The notes under the pieces: model-generated
Database searches by the model: none
What the model was told of the DNA's origin: nothing
What the model saw: the letters and a program-made list of their open reading frames with translations, nothing else
Part shown: positions 50,183 to 59,344 of the stretch, piece after piece
Numbering within the stretch: position 1 is the first letter of the stretch
Layout of the letters: each line of letters opens with the position of its first letter
Origin: an uncultured Elusimicrobiales bacterium
GTDB lineage: Bacteria; Elusimicrobiota; Elusimicrobia; Elusimicrobiales; CAZFMJ01
DNA length: 64,000 nt
Assembly: GCA_964520045.1 (NCBI GenBank)
Contig: CAZFMJ010000003.1
Location: 10,272 to 74,271 of the forward strand
Direction: 5' to 3'
Made by a program: the position numbers and the translations under genes

Positions 50183-52834
50183 TTACACCAGCCCTGAAAC
50201 ATCTTTAACATGTTTAAATTTTACTTCGGGAAATTCCCTAAAATGCGCTTCCCCGCATTTGATTTTCATTTTTTCCTGCGGCCTGAGTTTATTCATATCT
50301 ATGGTGGATTTCGTTTCCGCCACAAAATAAATCTTATTCTCGTTTTTATAAATCAATGCCCAATCCGGATTATACTCCCCTATTGGGGTTTGAATAACAA
50401 ACCAGTCGGGCAATTTAATAAAAAACTCCACATTATCGTTGCGCTCGCAGTCTTCGGCAAACTTCCGCTCCACATCCGACATGGAATCAATGATTAAATG
50501 ATCGGTTATGGTCTTTTCGGTTTTGGTTATTTTATAGAGATTATTTGTATAGGTTTCAACATCCTTGTCCGCAAACCGCATCATCGCGTAGGCATTCCCC
50601 GCTATCTTCTCGTATTTTATCCCATCGATCATCAACTCATGCAATGAACCCTTAATCTCATTCACCGCCAAATCAAGAAATAACTGAGGATTTTTCATAA
50701 TATCCCTCAGCCTGCAGGACTGTTTTAAAATTTTAAGTATTGTGGAACGGGTAAGCTCCGTTTTGCTTTGGATATATCCTGCCGCATCCGGAATTTCCAT
50801 TTTAGGCAAAGCCCGCCAGCCCGCTGAAGTTTCTCCTACAATTTCTGAATTAACCTCCTGTTTGGTTATCTTAATTTCAGCCCTTACGGCTTTTATAACC
50901 GGTCTTAGAATCTCCGGCATGGATTTAATTTTTCGGGCAGACATCTTTACCAGCTCGTCAGAATCGTATTTAACCCTGTATGTGGTTTTTTGCTTAATCT
51001 TCTCCCAAAGTTCAAGGAATTTTGTATCAAGCTCAAAACCTTTGCGGTATTTAATTTTTATCCTGTCCCTTTTATTCTTTATCCTACCCTCAAATTTAAC
51101 CCCGCATTCATCTTCAATTTCAATCTGAAGCCTTTTTGCAAAATCCTCATAGCTTTCATTGGCAATAACCGTAAGCCGGTTTATGTTCTTATCGCGCAGT
51201 CTCAAGCCGCTCTGATCAACGCAAAGTCTCATGCCCCGTCCGATTTCCTGCCTCTTCTTCATCTCAGATTTGGTTTCATGCAGGGTGCAAATCTGAAAAA
51301 CATTAGGATTATCCCAGCCTTCGCGCAACGCCGAATGGCTGAAAATAAACTGCAAAGGCTCATTGATATCCAAGAGGCGCTCTTTGTCTTTCATGATAAG
51401 ATGATACGCATCATCATCTGCTTTGGTTTCCCGCCCTTCCGATGAATCTTTTAAGACGCCTTTCTTGTCTTGGGCAAAATAGCCATTGTGAACATTGTCC
51501 GCCGAATAATCGGCGATACCGGCATACATGGGCTTTTGCTTAAATTTTGTGTAAATTTCTTCAAACCACTCCGCAAACTTGCCTTTTTGGGGAGTCCCGT
51601 CTTCCGCATAATGCCGATAATTATCAACCCTGTCTATGAAGAAAAGGGAAAGCACCTTAACGCCCTTGGACTTAAGTTTTAACTCTTTCTTAAAATGCTC
51701 TTCTACGGCTTTCTCCATCTGATATTTCATTATCTGGTCATTAAGTCCGCCGTGTGTTTGGCCTTTATAAAGAACATCGCCGTTTGAGAACTCAATGAAG
51801 CCATCCCGTGCGTCTATATTGTTTATGATATAGCCGTCTTTATACGCTTCCCGTTTATTGGAATGCTCGTAAAGGTCATCGCCGTTTTTAGCCGTCAGGC
51901 TCTTGCGCTCAACAGCATTATTTGTATTAACATCTATTTTTATTTTTACCGCCAGCGTTGTTCTGGCAGTTTTAAAATCTTCAATCTGGATAAAAGCCCT
52001 GTTCTTGTCATTGGCGGCAAAAACCGAATCTACCTCTATCTGTTTCACAAGCCCTAAGTCATAGGCCTGCACGGGGTCAAGTTTATATATCGGATTATAA
52101 AGGTTTCGATGTGTCGCGGAATAACGAAGCGTAAAAGCCGGGCTAAGATTTGAGAGAGCCTTCTTTCTAATATCCGTCTCCATGTTCTGCGGCTCATCCA
52201 CAATCACCACTGGATTAACCGCCTGTATAAACTCTACCGGTTTTTTGCCGTTCAGCTTATCATTGCGTTTATTTATTACATTCTCGTCCTTGGCAAAAGA
52301 ATCGATATTTATAACAAGAATCTGAATGGCATTGCTATCGGCAAAACTTCTGAGGACGGAAACCCTTTCTGCGGCATAAACCTGATATGCTACAGGGGTT
52401 TTATTGTAGATGGTTTGAAAATGCTCAGTGGTTATCTCAAGATTTTTGAGAGCGCCTTCCTTTATGGCAATACTCGGCGCTACTATCACAAATTTCTTAA
52501 AACCGTAACGATTGTTCAGCTCATAAATTGTGCGCAGATAGACATATGTTTTGCCGGTGCCTGTTTCCATTTCAACGGAAAAATTCAACCCCTCAAGTTT
52601 CTCCGAAAGCGGCAGATTGTTGTTTTTTTGAACTTCCCTGAGATTCTTTAAAATCTGTTCTTCTGAAATTGCCAAATCATTGCGGACTCCGGAAAACTTA
52701 AGCCCCAACCCGTCATTTCCGCCCAAGGAAAACTCAAAGTCACCCTTATTCAGAGGCTGGCCGTCAAACAACCCAATCACAGATTGGATAGCTTGAAGTT
52801 GATAGTCCTGGTTTGCGTCAAAGTGAAGTTTCAT
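50183..52834 (-). CDS. Type III restriction Res-like SF2 helicase with C-terminal PD-(D/E)xK nuclease motif; no Mod partner in window
   Basis: 883 aa. N-terminus MKLHFDANQDYQLQAIQSVIGLFDGQP, Walker A VEMETGTGKTYVY, motif II VIVDEPQN, and C-terminal YNPDWALIY...YFVAETK. No SD upstream (ctattagtaaatccATG). Confidence 0.75.
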   Translation of the reverse strand: MKLHFDANQDYQLQAIQSVIGLFDGQPLNKGDFEFSLGGNDGLGLKFSGVRNDLAISEEQILKNLREVQKNNNLPLSEKLEGLNFSVEMETGTGKTYVYLRTIYELNNRYGFKKFVIVAPSIAIKEGALKNLEITTEHFQTIYNKTPVAYQVYAAERVSVLRSFADSNAIQILVINIDSFAKDENVINKRNDKLNGKKPVEFIQAVNPVVIVDEPQNMETDIRKKALSNLSPAFTLRYSATHRNLYNPIYKLDPVQAYDLGLVKQIEVDSVFAANDKNRAFIQIEDFKTARTTLAVKIKIDVNTNNAVERKSLTAKNGDDLYEHSNKREAYKDGYIINNIDARDGFIEFSNGDVLYKGQTHGGLNDQIMKYQMEKAVEEHFKKELKLKSKGVKVLSLFFIDRVDNYRHYAEDGTPQKGKFAEWFEEIYTKFKQKPMYAGIADYSADNVHNGYFAQDKKGVLKDSSEGRETKADDDAYHLIMKDKERLLDINEPLQFIFSHSALREGWDNPNVFQICTLHETKSEMKKRQEIGRGMRLCVDQSGLRLRDKNINRLTVIANESYEDFAKRLQIEIEDECGVKFEGRIKNKRDRIKIKYRKGFELDTKFLELWEKIKQKTTYRVKYDSDELVKMSARKIKSMPEILRPVIKAVRAEIKITKQEVNSEIVGETSAGWRALPKMEIPDAAGYIQSKTELTRSTILKILKQSCRLRDIMKNPQLFLDLAVNEIKGSLHELMIDGIKYEKIAGNAYAMMRFADKDVETYTNNLYKITKTEKTITDHLIIDSMSDVERKFAEDCERNDNVEFFIKLPDWFVIQTPIGEYNPDWALIYKNENKIYFVAETKSTIDMNKLRPQEKMKIKCGEAHFREFPEVKFKHVKDVSGLV

Positions 52835-53097
52835 GGATTTACTAATAGTTTTACCAATATTTACTAATAATTTAATCCCAAAAAATGCTTAATTTTGTTA
52901 TGTTTTTTAGAAATATGCTCATTTTATAACTATTTATTACTAATCTATAACTAATTTTTTCATTTCGTCCAGACAAACGACACCACCATCACATGACCAT
53001 CACATGAGATTTATGCCCAAATGGGTAACCCTCAAAAAGCCAAAGCACAGCCTAAATAGCCCAAACTTAATAATCCCAGTTCGCGTCAAATGTGCCA

Positions 53098-53125
53098 TTG
53101 ACTTTTCCAATAAATGTGTTATACT
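53098..53125 (+). promoter_or_regulatory. Strong sigma70-like promoter with extended -10, pointing antisense into the DUF3800 gene
   Basis: TTGACT (53098-53103), a 16-nt spacer ending in TGT, then TATACT (53120-53125). Confidence 0.5.
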
Positions 53126-53249
53126 ATAGACACAAGAGCTGGTGTGGGGCTATCATGTCCTGCTATAAGTTAATTATACTCCGTCTGGATATATTTAACT
53201 GCCAGCTTTTTTCTTTTTCCGACACATGTAATTGCTTTGTATATCCGGG

Positions 53250-54005
53250 CTATGACTCTGCCCCTGTTTCTTTTGCGCTATCCGTCCTTGGTTTTGCAAC
53301 TTTTATTCCCCGCATACGGTTATTCTCATTACTAATAAATTGCGCATTTTTTATCCGCGTGAAAAAATCATGCACATTTTCATCTCCCGTAAATCTCCTG
53401 CCTATTATGTGCGCGAAATTATCAGCCAATTGTATCCCCACATTCTCATTCGAGATCGCAAAAAATGGAACTTTCAATATTTTATCAAAGGATTGTCCCG
53501 ACTGGCTTCTATGGAAAAAATTGCTAATTGACATGGATATGCGGCGATTGCCTTCCGCGCCTCTGTCGTCAAAAACTATTTTTGCGATTAATGAGGCATG
53601 ATTTTCCTTCACATATTGATGTATTCTCTCAAATAAAAAGAAAAAAGGCCGGTCAAGATTATTCGGATCGGAGCAGGACAAGCCGAGTTCTTTTTCTTCA
53701 AAAGTTACTACCCCAAAAATTTTACCTCCGTTGGATATGTATAAATCAAATATTTCTCTGGCAAGCGCCAGTTGATTACAAGGAATCCCTTTTGCCTCCA
53801 ACCGGAACATGAATTTGCCGAAAATTGATTTCCCTTTTAGTTCAATATTGCCGGCATCTTTGCCGATATGTTTACATTTTAACCTATAAACATTTCTGGA
53901 AAACTCATTATAAGAAGCGCTTGATATAGCCACCGCAGATAGTACCCCTGCTCGGAATTTACCATCTGCCGTTTTCTGCCATGATTCATCTATAAAAACA
54001 AGCAT
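53250..54005 (-). CDS. DUF3800 family protein
   Basis: 251 aa. N-terminal MLVFIDESW and C-terminal NVGIQLADNFAHIIG match the DUF3800 pattern (acidic FIDES start and QLAD motif). Confidence 0.65.
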   Translation of the reverse strand: MLVFIDESWQKTADGKFRAGVLSAVAISSASYNEFSRNVYRLKCKHIGKDAGNIELKGKSIFGKFMFRLEAKGIPCNQLALAREIFDLYISNGGKIFGVVTFEEKELGLSCSDPNNLDRPFFFLFERIHQYVKENHASLIAKIVFDDRGAEGNRRISMSISNFFHRSQSGQSFDKILKVPFFAISNENVGIQLADNFAHIIGRRFTGDENVHDFFTRIKNAQFISNENNRMRGIKVAKPRTDSAKETGAES

Positions 54006-54279
54006 TTCATACCCCGATATTGTGTTAATTCCAATTAAATCGTCCGAAACTCTATTCCGGCGTCTTTCATTTGCAGGGCTGTGTTGGTTTTGAGCTGATC
54101 ATTGGCTTCAAAATACTATCAAGGCAACCGATTTTTTGCGGCTTACGCTTAATTCTGACGTTTTAGCCCTCCCCCCACACTCTCTCCCACAAGGGGCGGG
54201 AGTTTATCTCTGATGGCGTAGGAAAATACTCCTACTTCGATAAAGCTATCGGTAAAGCACGTTTTTCAACTACCTTCCT

Positions 54280-55062
54280 CTATGTTATTCCTATCGCCAC
54301 AAGCACCGCCGTTACAAAATAATCCAAAATCATGATAAGCACCATACTGGCAACAACCGCGCCCGTGGTTGATTTCCCCACTCCCTCGGCTCCGCCTTTG
54401 GTTGAAAGCCCTTTGAAACAGCAGACCGTGGCTATTATAAACCCGAAAACGAAAGTCTTTAAAAATCCGTGCATGAAATTTTTTATTTCCATGAACGTGA
54501 AAATATCGTCAAAATAAACGCTGCTTGAAACTCCCAGTTTTGAGGCGCTCACCAGCATGCCTCCTATAATTCCGGAAAAATCCGCAAACACGGTCAGCAA
54601 AGGAAGCATAACAAGAAACGCTATATATCTGGGTATGACAAGATATCTTATGGGGTTGGTGCCGAGAGTGTAAAGGGCGTCTATCTGCTCGGTAACTTTC
54701 ATTGTTCCTATCTCCGCGGCCGCCGCGGCGCCGGCGCGTCCCGCAACGACTATGGCGGTAAGCACCGGGCCAAGCTCTTTGACAAGAGAAAATCCAACCA
54801 CCGTGCCCACGAAAAGCGGTTCATTAAAAAGGCTTTTTGAGGTTGAACCGGACTGAAGAGCCAGAACCATTCCGGTAAAAAAACTCGTAAGCATGGTAAC
54901 CGGCAGGGACTGCACTCCCACGCGGAAACACTGCAGTACGGCCTGCTTTATCTCAAGCTTGGAATGAAAAAACCAAAAAAAAGACGAACGCACCATAAAA
55001 GCCGCGCCGCCGGCGGTTTCCGCCGCAAAAATAAGCCTTTTGCCCAAAAACCGTAAAATCAT
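54280..55062 (-). CDS. mlaE: ABC transporter permease MlaE
   Basis: 260-aa polytopic protein with GRAGAAAAAEIGTMKVTEQIDAL and NPIRYLVIPR motifs typical of MlaE. Confidence 0.85.
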   Translation of the reverse strand: MILRFLGKRLIFAAETAGGAAFMVRSSFFWFFHSKLEIKQAVLQCFRVGVQSLPVTMLTSFFTGMVLALQSGSTSKSLFNEPLFVGTVVGFSLVKELGPVLTAIVVAGRAGAAAAAEIGTMKVTEQIDALYTLGTNPIRYLVIPRYIAFLVMLPLLTVFADFSGIIGGMLVSASKLGVSSSVYFDDIFTFMEIKNFMHGFLKTFVFGFIIATVCCFKGLSTKGGAEGVGKSTTGAVVASMVLIMILDYFVTAVLVAIGIT

Positions 55063-55066
55063 AAAA

Positions 55067-56203
55067 TTACGAATTTATAAATACTCTTGGCACCCTTCTG
55101 GAAATATTGCAGACCGTCTCATACGGTATGGTTCCCGCCGTTTCGGCAAGTTCACGCGCCGTTATTTCTTCCGCGCACTGTCTGCCTATGAGAACCGCCT
55201 CATCTCCGATATTTACCTGCGGCACATGGGTGACGTCTATCACAATCATATCCATAGTCACCGAACCCAAAACCCCGCACCTTTTGCCCCGCACGAGAAC
55301 TTCCCCTTTATTTGAAAAAATCCTTGAATATCCGTCCGCATACCCCACCGGCAGGGTGGCGACGCTCATATGTTTTTTGCTTTTAAAAGTCCTCTCATAG
55401 CCTATGGAAGTTCCGGAACGGATATTTTTGATAAAAACTATTCTGCTCTTAAAAGAAAGCGCGCGCTTAAATCCATCCATAAGACCGTATACAGCCAGCC
55501 CCGGTCTGACCATATCAAAACGGCTTTCGGGATAATACAATGCGGCATGGGAATTGGCAGTATGCCTGATGCCGGGATTAATGCCGTTTGCGGAACAATC
55601 ATTAAGAGCTTCCCTGAAATATTTTAACTGAAGCCTTGTGTAATCCTGATCCGAATCCGCGCTGGAAAGATGGGTGTAAATCCCGGCTAGTTTTATGCTT
55701 TTGCTTGAGGACAATTCACCGAGTATCTGCATGGCGGACGGACGCCGGACGCCTATCCTGCCCATGCCGGTTTCCAGTTTTACATGGCAGGAGGCGGTCA
55801 TACGCAGGCTTTGGGCGGCTTTAATAAGCTGTTTGGCCGCATCCATGCTCGCGACCGTAACCGTCAATCTGTTTTTAATGGCGTAGACAAAGCTTTTGAA
55901 CGGATATAGGCTTCCAAGAACAAGGATAGGAAGTTTTATGCCCGCTCTGCGCATTACAATCCCTTCTTCAATACATGAAACTCCGAAACCGCGGCAAAGC
56001 TTTTCTTTTTGGCAATACTTTGAAAGCCGGACGGCTCCATGGCCGTAAGCATCGGCTTTCACAACAAAAAGCACGCCGCATTTAGGAGGTATTGTTTTTT
56101 GTATTTTAAGAAGATTGCTGCGGATGGCGGATAAATCGATTTCGGTCCAGGTCGGCCTCAAAAAAACGCTTCCAGCTCCTGCCTGCCCAAACATAGCCGT
56201 CAT
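55067..56203 (-). CDS. alr: Alanine racemase
   Basis: 378 aa with the PLP-lysine motif VVKADAYGHG and the C-terminal barrel domain. Confidence 0.9.
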   Translation of the reverse strand: MTAMFGQAGAGSVFLRPTWTEIDLSAIRSNLLKIQKTIPPKCGVLFVVKADAYGHGAVRLSKYCQKEKLCRGFGVSCIEEGIVMRRAGIKLPILVLGSLYPFKSFVYAIKNRLTVTVASMDAAKQLIKAAQSLRMTASCHVKLETGMGRIGVRRPSAMQILGELSSSKSIKLAGIYTHLSSADSDQDYTRLQLKYFREALNDCSANGINPGIRHTANSHAALYYPESRFDMVRPGLAVYGLMDGFKRALSFKSRIVFIKNIRSGTSIGYERTFKSKKHMSVATLPVGYADGYSRIFSNKGEVLVRGKRCGVLGSVTMDMIVIDVTHVPQVNIGDEAVLIGRQCAEEITARELAETAGTIPYETVCNISRRVPRVFINS

Positions 56204-56239
56204 TTAGCGGTTACTCCTTCCGGGGCACACAACGCCCAT

Positions 56240-57622
56240 TTAGGCTACGGGCTCCAGCCCCTGAGGAGCAAGATTGTCAAATCGGGTGCACTCTCTTGAA
56301 AAATACAGTTCCACATCGCCGGTAGGACCGTTTCTCTGTTTGGCAATTATAAGCGTGGCCTTGTTTTCATCTTCGGGATTGGGCGTTTCGCCCTGCTTGT
56401 AATATCCCTTGCGCCATATAAGCGCCACGACGTCGGCATCCTGCTCCAAAGATCCGGACTCCCGCAGATCGGACAACTGGGGTCTATTGCCCTCATTGCT
56501 TCTTTCTTCGCTTCTGCGGTTAAGCTGAGAAAGAGCCAGAATCGGTATATCTAAATTCCGGGCCAGACTTTTTAAATTTCTGGAAATTTCGGAGACTTCC
56601 TGCTGGCGGCTTTCAATCCTGGCTCCGCCTCTTATCAGCTGAAGATAATCGATTATTATCAGCCCAAGCTCTTTGCCCCGGCTTTTAATATCCGAGGCGA
56701 GTCTTCTTGCCCGCATTCTTATATCCAAAACCGTAAGCGCCGGCGTATCGTCGATCCATAACGGCGATTCCGAAAGCTCGGACAAATGATGCGTCAACTC
56801 CGTCCATTTTTCCCTATGAAACATCCCGTGCCGGACATGATGCAGATTCGCCCCGGCGGCGCTGCACACCATTCTCTCAAATATAGAGTGCCTGCTCATT
56901 TCAAGAGAGAAAACGGCGACCGGCACTTTCTTCTTGACGGCGGCATGATAGGCGATATTAAGCGCCATCGCGGTCTTGCCCTGGCTGGGTCTGGCCGCGA
57001 GTATAATAAGATCGGATTTCTGAAGACCTCCGGTCAAATAGTCCAAATCCGTAAACCCCGAAGGCACGCCTGTGATGCTGGCTTTGTTTGTATGGGCCTT
57101 TTCAAGTATGTCCGCCACCTCGCGCGCCAGAGTGTTTGCCGTGTAAAATCCCTGAAGGACCTGCTTCTGCGCTATGGAAAAAATCTGCTCTTCCGCATAA
57201 TCAAGCAATGCGTCGGAATCGCGCGCCTGCGAATAACACTGCTCTACTATGCTTGTGGAAGCCCGTATGACCTCGCGCATTACTGATTTCTGCCGCACTA
57301 TTTCGGCATAATTCTGAACATGCGCGGCGGTGGAAACTTTGCTTATAAGCTCGGAAAGATAATCTTCTCCGCCGAGCTCCTGAAGCAGATTCTGCCGTTT
57401 AAGTTCGTCGGAAAGCGTTATTATGTCTACCGCGCGGTTTTTATTATGCAGGTCAAGAATGGCTTTAAATATCTTACGGTGCGCTTCGCTGTAAAAATGC
57501 CTGGGTTCGAGTATTTCCGCCGAGGAATCTATGGCTTCCTTCTCGACAAGCATGGAGCCGAGCACCGCCATTTCCGCTTCGGGCGATTGGGGTGGTACTT
57601 TTTCCGGAAATTCTGCGTGCAT
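56240..57622 (-). CDS. dnaB: Replicative DNA helicase DnaB
   Basis: 460 aa with PPQSPEAEMAVLGSML, Walker A ARPSQGKT, and IIIDYLQL. Confidence 0.95.
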   Translation of the reverse strand: MHAEFPEKVPPQSPEAEMAVLGSMLVEKEAIDSSAEILEPRHFYSEAHRKIFKAILDLHNKNRAVDIITLSDELKRQNLLQELGGEDYLSELISKVSTAAHVQNYAEIVRQKSVMREVIRASTSIVEQCYSQARDSDALLDYAEEQIFSIAQKQVLQGFYTANTLAREVADILEKAHTNKASITGVPSGFTDLDYLTGGLQKSDLIILAARPSQGKTAMALNIAYHAAVKKKVPVAVFSLEMSRHSIFERMVCSAAGANLHHVRHGMFHREKWTELTHHLSELSESPLWIDDTPALTVLDIRMRARRLASDIKSRGKELGLIIIDYLQLIRGGARIESRQQEVSEISRNLKSLARNLDIPILALSQLNRRSEERSNEGNRPQLSDLRESGSLEQDADVVALIWRKGYYKQGETPNPEDENKATLIIAKQRNGPTGDVELYFSRECTRFDNLAPQGLEPVA

Positions 57623-57637
57623 TGGCGTTATTGCTTA

Positions 57638-58087
57638 TTACTTGCTGCGGGCTGAAACAGATACTTTTATTTTAGCGGAAACACCGGGCTTTAACGCTAT
57701 TTCCACCTCATAATCCCCTACGGCTTTTATTGCCGAATCAAGCTGTATGAAATCTTTGTGCACTTCAAGACTTGACGCCTTAAGGCTCTTTATTATATCG
57801 CTTTTGCCTACAGAGCCGAAAAGCCTGCCGTTTTCACCGACGGACCGGCTGAATGAAAGCGTCATCTGCGAAAGTTTGGAAGCCATATCCTGAGCGGACG
57901 CCAACCCCTGTTCCCGCTGTTTTTTAACGCGGGCTTCGCAGTCTTTCCAAAATTTTATTCTGCCGGGAGTGGCAAGCTCCGCCAATTTGCAGGGAAGCAG
58001 AAAATTTCTGCCGTATCCGTTGGCTACCTGCTTGACATCTCCGATACTTCCCAGCTTAGGCACATCTTTGCGTAAAATAACTTTCAT
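57638..58087 (-). CDS. rplI: Ribosomal protein L9
   Basis: 149 aa with the MKVILRKDVPKLGSIGDVKQVANGYGRNFLLP N-terminus. Confidence 0.95.
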   Translation of the reverse strand: MKVILRKDVPKLGSIGDVKQVANGYGRNFLLPCKLAELATPGRIKFWKDCEARVKKQREQGLASAQDMASKLSQMTLSFSRSVGENGRLFGSVGKSDIIKSLKASSLEVHKDFIQLDSAIKAVGDYEVEIALKPGVSAKIKVSVSARSK

Positions 58088-58099
58088 TAAAGTCTCCCT

Positions 58100-58450
58100 C
58101 TAAAAAACGATATGCGGAAGTATGGCCATATTCCTGTTGCGCTTAACCGCTCTGGCTACCTGCCTCTGATGTTTTGCGCATGTTCCGGTTATGCGGCTTG
58201 AAAGCATTTTGCCGCTTTCCGTTGTGAATGTCCTTACGATCTGGAACTGCTTGTAATCTATATATCTTATCTGTTCGGCGCAAAGGCGGCAGACCTTTCT
58301 TTTCGGATGACCATACGGACGTCTTCTCGCGGGATATGCCGTTTTCCCGGCCGCGGCCGGAGCCGGCGGCGCAGATTGTTTCACTGCCGGGACTGCCGGC
58401 GCCTGCGTGGTTTTTTCTATATCTTTTTCCGGATTCGGATGCATAATCAA
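58100..58450 (-). CDS. rpsR: Ribosomal protein S18 with an Ala/Pro-rich N-terminal extension
   Basis: Core CRLCAEQIRYIDYKQFQIVRTFTTESGKMLSSRITGTCAKHQRQVARAVKRNRNMAILP, preceded by about 45 aa that are not typical of S18. An internal start is possible. Confidence 0.85.
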   Translation of the reverse strand: MIMHPNPEKDIEKTTQAPAVPAVKQSAPPAPAAAGKTAYPARRRPYGHPKRKVCRLCAEQIRYIDYKQFQIVRTFTTESGKMLSSRITGTCAKHQRQVARAVKRNRNMAILPHIVF

Positions 58451-58468
58451 CCTTCCTTTATCATTAAA

Positions 58469-58936
58469 CTAAAACGGCACTTCCTCGAGTCCGTCTTCCT
58501 GGGAAATCGCGTCTGCCTGCTCCGCGGAAACTGTTTCGGCGCCGGACTCAGAAGACTGCTGGCCGGTTTCTCCGGTCTGAGGCCTGGAAGCTGCCGCCAA
58601 AAACTGCACCCGCCTTGCCACGACTTTCATTACTCTTCTTTTTTGTCCGCTTTTGTCCGTATATTCTGAACCCGCCAGCCTTCCCTCAATATGAACAGGA
58701 CTGCCCTTTTTTATTTTTTCTTTGCACCGCTCCGCCATGGGGCCCCAAACGGTAATGGGAACAAAAGTCGCATCGTCCTTCCACTCTCCGGAGGCGGCGT
58801 CTTTGTATCTGCGGTTGACCGCTATGTCAAAATGACAGACGGCAAGACCCTTCTGCGTAAAACGCAAATCGGGATCATGCGTCAGCCTGCCGGCAAGTAA
58901 AACATGGTTCTGCTCGGGAAGCCGTATAGAAATCAT
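58469..58936 (-). CDS. ssb: Single-stranded DNA-binding protein
   Basis: 155 aa with an OB-fold N-domain (NHVLLAGRLTHDPDLRFT) and an acidic tail ending EEVPF. Confidence 0.9.
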   Translation of the reverse strand: MISIRLPEQNHVLLAGRLTHDPDLRFTQKGLAVCHFDIAVNRRYKDAASGEWKDDATFVPITVWGPMAERCKEKIKKGSPVHIEGRLAGSEYTDKSGQKRRVMKVVARRVQFLAAASRPQTGETGQQSSESGAETVSAEQADAISQEDGLEEVPF

Positions 58937-58991
58937 TTCTCCACCTCGTTCCTTCGAGTTTTGATATTTTGGCGTTAAGGGATTAAACAGG

Positions 58992-59312
58992 TCAGGCCTG
59001 TTTTGCGGAAACTTTAGCAGCCTCTTTTTCCGGCCCTTTGACTATCATAGTACGCAAAACGGAATCCTGCACGCTTAAATGCTGGTTCAGCTTGCTCAGA
59101 GACTGCGGAGGGAACTGGACTTTCATATAGGCGTAAAATCCGTCTTTTGTGTGTCCGATAGGATGCGTCAGCTTGCGCCTTCCCCATTTATCCTCGGAAA
59201 GAATTGTTCCGCCTTCATGAGCTATAAGCTTCTTTGTCTTTTCCAGAAAATCCGAAGTCTCGATATCCGACAACTGCGGTTTCAATATAAGTATCATTTC
59301 ATATGTGCGCAT
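58992..59312 (-). CDS. rpsF: Ribosomal protein S6
   Basis: Start placed at MRTYEMILILKP. The track ORF adds MS. Confidence 0.9.
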   Translation of the reverse strand: MRTYEMILILKPQLSDIETSDFLEKTKKLIAHEGGTILSEDKWGRRKLTHPIGHTKDGFYAYMKVQFPPQSLSKLNQHLSVQDSVLRTMIVKGPEKEAAKVSAKQA

Positions 59313-59344
59313 AGACATATTTTATTAAATTTTAGAGGTGAATT

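Larger units (their letters stand above)
50178..54279. other. AT-rich 4.1-kb insertion between mlaF and mlaE
   Basis: Separates genes that normally form one mlaEFD operon. Hand-counted 60-nt lines inside it give 32% (51001) and 43% (52501) GC, versus 57% in mlaF (49681). Confidence 0.6.

Noticed and set aside
53092-53601. 169-aa plus-strand ORF antisense to the DUF3800 gene.
   Set aside because: DUF3800 motifs on the minus strand are convincing. The antisense ORF is Cys/Phe/Leu-rich with no recognisable domain. It is kept only as a note under the antisense-promoter finding.
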